Positions 57,650 to 64,000 of a stretch of 64,000 nucleotides of DNA are shown here, one piece after another. The DNA is from Acidimicrobiia bacterium (GTDB lineage: Bacteria > Actinomycetota > Acidimicrobiia > Spongiisociales > ZC4RG35). A model generated the notes under the pieces. It did no database searches, was not told where the DNA came from, and worked only from the letters and a program-made list of their open reading frames with translations. Position 1 is the stretch's first letter. The number at the start of each line of letters is the position of its first letter. The DNA lies in contig CBDBCY010000004.1 of the NCBI GenBank assembly GCA_965203555.1, positions 1,792,001-1,856,000 of the forward strand. The letters run 5' to 3'. The position numbers and the translations under genes are program-made.

Positions 57650-58515
57650 GACCCGGTCGCCCGGCGCAGTTTCGATAGAGGGGCGGCAGTCTCCTTCAAC
57701 TCTTCCAGTACCCGGTCGGGCACGGTCAGGTCCCCCCGGCCGACTCCCAGCCTTATCTCCTGCTTGAAACGCCCGTGATAGTCCGAACCCCCGGTGGGAA
57801 TCAAACCGTGCAGCCGGGCCAGCCTGGCGAGCGTGTGGCGGGTGGGCGGCTCGTACGCTCCGTAGTAGGCCTCCATGCCGTCCATTCCCTGAGCAGCCAG
57901 TTCGCCCAGCAATTCGGAAAGCTCACCGCCCTCCAATCCCAGGGTGAGGGGATGAGCCAGAACCGCCACTCCCCCCACCGCGTGCGCCATTTCAATTGCC
58001 TCAACGGAACCCAGCCGGTATCTCTCGGCGTAGGCGGGACATCCCCTGCCCAGATACCGTCTAAAGGCCTCCGGGATGTCGGCGACATATCCTTTCCTGG
58101 CCAGGAGGGAGGCAAAGTGGGGCCGGCCGATAGTTCCTTCGCCACCTTCCTTCTTCACTTCCTCCATGGTTACCTCCACCCCCAGGGACTGGAGATGTTC
58201 GGCTATCTGCAGGTTGCGGCGCATCCTGGCCCGGCGCACCGGCGCCAGCCGGGATTGGAGGAGGTCGGCGTCTGAAACCAGCAGCACCAGCATGTGCATG
58301 GCGCCCCCGCGCCAATCCAGGGACAACTCCACTCCCTCGACCAACTCTATGCCAGCGCCCCAAGCCGCCTCCTTGGCCTCCTTCAATCCCTGCGTTGTGT
58401 CGTGATCGGTGATCGCCACTGCCGACAATCCCAGGGCGGCGGCCGCCTCCACCAGTTGGAACGGCGAGTCGGACCCGTCGGAGGCGGTGGTATGCGTGTG
58501 GAGATCGACCCCCAT
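57646..58515 (-). CDS. PHP domain phosphoesterase
   Basis: DLHTHTTASDG, ITDHD, GRPH, LAHP, GGSDYHG. Confidence 0.93.
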   Translation of the reverse strand: MGVDLHTHTTASDGSDSPFQLVEAAAALGLSAVAITDHDTTQGLKEAKEAAWGAGIELVEGVELSLDWRGGAMHMLVLLVSDADLLQSRLAPVRRARMRRNLQIAEHLQSLGVEVTMEEVKKEGGEGTIGRPHFASLLARKGYVADIPEAFRRYLGRGCPAYAERYRLGSVEAIEMAHAVGGVAVLAHPLTLGLEGGELSELLGELAAQGMDGMEAYYGAYEPPTRHTLARLARLHGLIPTGGSDYHGRFKQEIRLGVGRGDLTVPDRVLEELKETAAPLSKLRRATGS

Positions 58516-58528
58516 CCCAGGGGCCTGT

Positions 58529-59323
58529 TCAGGGTCCGACGGTTATCTCCACCGATTCGATATAAAGGGCTTCCCGGGGAAGGCTCTGTTCACCGGTGGG
58601 AGACAGGGAGGTCGGTATCTGGGCGATGAGGTCCAAAACTTCCAAGCCTTCGGTTATGCGACCCAAAACGTTGTATTGCGGGTTGAGGAACGGAGCGTCA
58701 TCCAGCATCCAGAAGAACTGGCTTCCGGTGGTGTTCTTCCCGGCGTTGGCCATGGCCGCAACGCCTACGTTGTACTGGTAGTCCTCGGGGGGATACTCGT
58801 CTGCGATCTCGTAGCCAGCGTCTTCCCGTCCGGTGGCGGAAGGATCGCCTCCCTGTACAACAAACCCCTGCAGAATCCGGTGGAAGACCGTACCGTCATA
58901 GAACCCCTGCCTGGCCAGGAATACGAAAGAGTTGACGGTCTCCGGATAGCTGGTGTCCAGTTCCATCACTACTTCCCCGCAGGAGGTTTTCACTCGGGCG
59001 ATGACTACGTCCCCGGGCACGATCCCCTGCGGTTCAAACCCCTCGAAGCTCATCGGCCGGAGGGGAGGAGGCACCGCCGCCTGGCAGGCTGGGGGTTTTT
59101 CACGGTATTCCCGGTAGGTGTCGGACAACTCCCCGGATGCTTCTCCTCCTTCGTCCTCACCTCCACCCAGGTTGCAGACCACCAGAACCGCAACCAGGAC
59201 GACGGCCATTCCCAGCCCGATACCCAACCTCTTCAGGTTTTCCTTGCGGGACTGTCTCTTTTTCTCCGCTTGCAGGCGCGCCGCTTTGGCGGCCTTTTGG
59301 CGCTGTCGCTTTTGCTTACCCAC
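58529..59323 (-). CDS. Membrane-anchored cyclophilin-type peptidylprolyl isomerase
   Basis: N-terminal TM segment; GFYDGTVFHR, QGGDP, AMANAG, GSQFF. Confidence 0.93.
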   Translation of the reverse strand: MGKQKRQRQKAAKAARLQAEKKRQSRKENLKRLGIGLGMAVVLVAVLVVCNLGGGEDEGGEASGELSDTYREYREKPPACQAAVPPPLRPMSFEGFEPQGIVPGDVVIARVKTSCGEVVMELDTSYPETVNSFVFLARQGFYDGTVFHRILQGFVVQGGDPSATGREDAGYEIADEYPPEDYQYNVGVAAMANAGKNTTGSQFFWMLDDAPFLNPQYNVLGRITEGLEVLDLIAQIPTSLSPTGEQSLPREALYIESVEITVGP

Positions 59324-59608
59324 CTACAAATTCCCCCGTACATCAGATCTACCCGCGGCGCGCCCCTGAACCACAACTGTGGTGGGTCCGCACACGAACC
59401 GTACCGTGCCCCATTCTACGCCGCGCCTGTTCCCTGCGGGGCGGCGCGACAGTCGACGGATACGCCTCGAATGCCGTCCCCCCTGTCCGCCGGTGGGGAT
59501 TGGCGACTGTGCGCTGGGTAACGATGCCAAGTCCGGTCCGGCCAACCGCAGTCCCAGGGAGGCCGGAAAGCCGTAAGATTGTGGTAGCCTTCTTTCGCTC
59601 TCCTGGAT

Positions 59609-60849
<1,241 letters not shown>

Positions 60850-60853
<4 letters not shown>

Positions 60854-61863
60854 GCGTCGGCCTGGCCGTGGTGGGCGCCACCGGGGCAGTGGGTCGGACC
60901 GCGCTCGAAATCCTTGCCGACCGTAACTTCCCCATGGGTCAATTGCGCCTCTTTGCTTCGGCCCGGTCGGCCGGGAGGAAGCTCTCCACCGCCTGGGGAA
61001 AGGTGGAAGTGGAGGATCTGGCCGAAGTCGATCCAGAGGGAATCAAGGTGGCGATCTTTTCCGCCGGCGCCGCCCGGTCGAGGGCATATGCGGGGCGCTT
61101 TGTCGAAGCCGGGGCGGTGGTGATCGACAACTCCTCGTGCTTTCGGATGGATCCCGGCGTGCCCCTGGTGGTGGCGGACGTCAACGACCACGCCATCGGT
61201 TCACACCAGGGAATAATCGCCAATCCCAATTGCACAACCATGGTGCTGATGATGGCGGCGGCGCCTCTGCATCGGGCGGCGGGACTCCGTTCGATGGTGG
61301 CCACCTCCTTTCAATCGGTGTCGGGGTCCGGGCAGAAGGGAGTGACCGAGCTTTCCCAACAGATAGAGCACTTCAAAGGAGACCGTTCAGGCTTGACGCA
61401 GGGGGGTTGGGCCGATCCGGGCGGAGAGGTCTACAGCCGTCCCATAGGGTTCAATGTCCTGCCGCTGGCCGGATCCGAGACCGAACACCATTACACCGAC
61501 GAGGAGTGGAAGCTGGTCAACGAGTCCCGAAAGATCCTGGAGCATGCCGAATTGGCGGTCGAGCCCACCTGCGTGAGAGTGCCGGTGATGGTAGGCCACG
61601 GCGTGGCGGCCTCAATGTGGTTCAAACGTCCCCTAAGCCGAACCGAGGCCTTGGGCATTCTGTCCGAAGCACCCGGGGTGGAGGTATGGGACCATCTTCC
61701 CCCCACCCCCCTGGACAGCGCCGGCAAAGACCCGACACTGGTGGGCCGGGTCCGGGAGACGACGGGAGCGCCGGGAGGGATCAACCTCTGGGCGGTAGGC
61801 GACAACCTGCGCAAGGGGGCTGCGTTGAACGCCGTTCAGGTGGCCGAACAGCTGATGCTCTGA
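60850..61863 (+). CDS. asd: Aspartate-semialdehyde dehydrogenase
   Basis: VGATGAVG, ANPNCTT, CVRVPV, DNLRKGAALN. Confidence 0.97.
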
Positions 61864-61915
61864 GAAGTTCCCTGTTCCGGGTAGTGAGCTTGCTACCCCA
61901 GAGTGGCGTCTCGGG

Positions 61916-63682
61916 TCAGAATGCCCACAGTCGGGGAATGAAAATGACGGACAGTATCCAGAAGATGACATTGAGCGGCGCCCCGGCCCGCAAAAAGTCG
62001 GCGTACTTGTACCCCCCGGGGTTGTAAATCATGGTGTTGGTCTGGTAGCCCACCGGAGTTGAGAATCCGGTGGAGGCAGCGAACGTAATGGCCATCAGGA
62101 AAGGCCGGGGGTCCACGCCGACCTGCTCGGCGGTGGAGATGGCTATGGGGGCCAGCAACACCGCCGCCGCGGCGTTGCTCATCGTCTCGGTCATGATGGC
62201 GGTCAGTAGGTAAAAAGCGGCCAGGATGGCCACCGGACCCAGATCTCCCACCAGCGCCACGGTTTGTTCGGCCAGCCAACCCGCCGCTCCGCTGGTGTGC
62301 ATAGCCACACCCAGAGGAAGCACTCCGGCCAGGAGGAAGATCACCTGCCAGTTGATGGCGCGGTAAACGTCCTCTGGTTGAAGGATCCGGGTCATTACCA
62401 GGGCAACGCAGCCGAGCAGGGCGGCCACCAGAATCGGCAGGATATCGAACGCAGCCAAACCTACGACCACCACAAGGATCCCGATGGCCAAGGGCGCCTT
62501 GTGGCGCAGGACACTGCCAGGAATCTCATTCAGAACGATCAGATCGCTGCCGCGTCGCAGATCACGAATCTGCGCCTCTTGGGCCTGTATCAGCAGGGCA
62601 TCCCCCAAGCGGAGCCTGATCGAACTGAGTTTGTCGTTGATCGTTTCGCCCTTGCGCTGCATGCCCAGCACCAGCGCCCGGTAACGGTTGCGGAAGTCGG
62701 TTTCCTTGAGGGTGTGCCCGATGAGTCTCGAATCGGGCGCCACCAGGGCTTGAACGACGCGAAGATCCTGGCTCTGCAGGGTGTCGTCGCGCAGTTCGAA
62801 ATCGGCGTTGATTCTCAGGCCCATGGTTCCCCGGAGGCGGATGAGGTCGGGAAGAGACCCGCGGACCAGCAACACGTCATCAGGTTGGAGGGTCCTTCTC
62901 AGCGGTGCCCACCCGTCTTCCCCGGCGTTGCGCACCCTCAGAACAGTTATGTCGTGATCCTCTCCCAGCCTGCTTTCCAACACTGACTTTCCCACCAGGG
63001 GGGACCCGCCGCGAATCCTGAGTTCGGTGATGTATTCACCCAAGTGATATGCGATCGACAACTCCGGCGTGGGGCGGGCCGGCAACAACCATCGTCCGAA
63101 CAGCAGAAAAAACGCCACTCCGGCTGCAAATAGCACAAGGCCCATCCGCGTGAACTCGAACATGCTGAACGCTCCGTACCCCGCTTCCTCGGAGATCGCA
63201 CTCACCAGCAGATTGGTGGAGGTCCCGATCAGGGTGCAGACCCCCCCGAACTGGGAGGCGTAGGAAAGGGGGATCAGCAGTTTGGAGGCGGCGATTCTCC
63301 GTCGGTTGGCGAGAATGGTCACCAGGGGAATGAACACGGCCACCGCAGCCGTGTTGTTGACGAAAGCCGACATAATCGTGACCGTCACCATGATCACCAC
63401 CAGCGCCGTGTAGTGATTGCGGCTGAAGCGCACCATCAACCGGCCGACCGTGGCAGTGGCGCCGGTCTTCTGCAAACCGGCACTGAGAACGAACATGGCG
63501 GCCACGGTCAGCGTAGCCGGATTGCTGAACCCCGAGAAACCCTCCCCGACGGTCACCAGGCCCAAGACCAGTAACACTCCCAGACCCAGGATGGCGACGA
63601 TGTCCAGGGGGTACCGCTCGGAGACGAACAACACCACGACCCCAACCAGGACCCCCATCACTATGAGGCCCTCGCCCGTCAT
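61916..63682 (-). CDS. SLC13/CitT family permease with TrkA-C domains
   Basis: SAFVNNT, TLIGTSTNL, TPVGYQTN and two soluble TrkA-C repeats. Confidence 0.92.
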   Translation of the reverse strand: MTGEGLIVMGVLVGVVVLFVSERYPLDIVAILGLGVLLVLGLVTVGEGFSGFSNPATLTVAAMFVLSAGLQKTGATATVGRLMVRFSRNHYTALVVIMVTVTIMSAFVNNTAAVAVFIPLVTILANRRRIAASKLLIPLSYASQFGGVCTLIGTSTNLLVSAISEEAGYGAFSMFEFTRMGLVLFAAGVAFFLLFGRWLLPARPTPELSIAYHLGEYITELRIRGGSPLVGKSVLESRLGEDHDITVLRVRNAGEDGWAPLRRTLQPDDVLLVRGSLPDLIRLRGTMGLRINADFELRDDTLQSQDLRVVQALVAPDSRLIGHTLKETDFRNRYRALVLGMQRKGETINDKLSSIRLRLGDALLIQAQEAQIRDLRRGSDLIVLNEIPGSVLRHKAPLAIGILVVVVGLAAFDILPILVAALLGCVALVMTRILQPEDVYRAINWQVIFLLAGVLPLGVAMHTSGAAGWLAEQTVALVGDLGPVAILAAFYLLTAIMTETMSNAAAAVLLAPIAISTAEQVGVDPRPFLMAITFAASTGFSTPVGYQTNTMIYNPGGYKYADFLRAGAPLNVIFWILSVIFIPRLWAF

Positions 63683-63866
63683 GCCAACACCGGGAACCGA
63701 ACCGTGAGCAACCCGCGGCGAATGCAAATGTCCACTTCGAACAGTTTACGGGTAGCGGCGGGAATGGGAAGCGTATCCCCGGTCACCGAATCGACCGACC
63801 TCGCGGCCCGGGCCGCGGGAGATTGACCCGATCCGGCCCCGTTTGCCCACAACTAGGCTGGCGGGC

Positions 63867-64000
63867 ATGACTTTGAGGATCACAACCTCCGACGGGACCC
63901 GGATCGCATATCACGAGGTCGGCGCCGGCGCCCCACCCATCCTGTTTGTCCACGGCATCTACGGCAACCGGCTCGGTTTCGGTCTCCAGGAGCGGTACTT
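63867..64000 (+). CDS. Alpha/beta hydrolase (partial, runs off the window)
   Basis: MTLRITTSDGTRIAYHEVGAGAPPILFVHG. Confidence 0.8.
   Translation, partial: MTLRITTSDGTRIAYHEVGAGAPPILFVHGIYGNRLGFGLQERY

Overview
High-GC bacterial chromosome segment, most likely an actinobacterium: it has the dnaK-grpE-dnaJ-hspR operon, a stand-alone LigD-Pol, an Acc epsilon subunit and GPP34. Cys-rich SLH-domain surface proteins suggest Acidimicrobiia, but that is inference. The left half (1-32 kb) is an accessory catabolic region: three acyl-CoA ligases, three luciferase-like monooxygenases, a peptide-type ABC importer, amidase, P450, a split B12-dependent acyl-CoA mutase with non-MCM active-site residues, and hydantoinase A/B, interrupted by Fic, HEPN/MNT and toxin remnants. 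The right half is mostly housekeeping: tRNA-Gly, dcd, ogt, msrB, the dnaK operon, glpX, thiolase, mce, murJ, ask-asd. Main signals not explained by the ORF track: (1) two homologous intergenic elements 14 kb apart on opposite strands (about 36940-37126 minus, 51404-51624 plus) that share a promoter, a 27-nt 5' hairpin and a 3' motif around a variable structured middle, and look like an unnamed small-RNA family; (2) a UGSC-motif selenoprotein split by an in-frame TGA, next to a CxxC-containing partner; (3) the atypical mutase. Several small indels break genes and may be assembly errors. All calls come from reading the sequence by eye; no searches were run.
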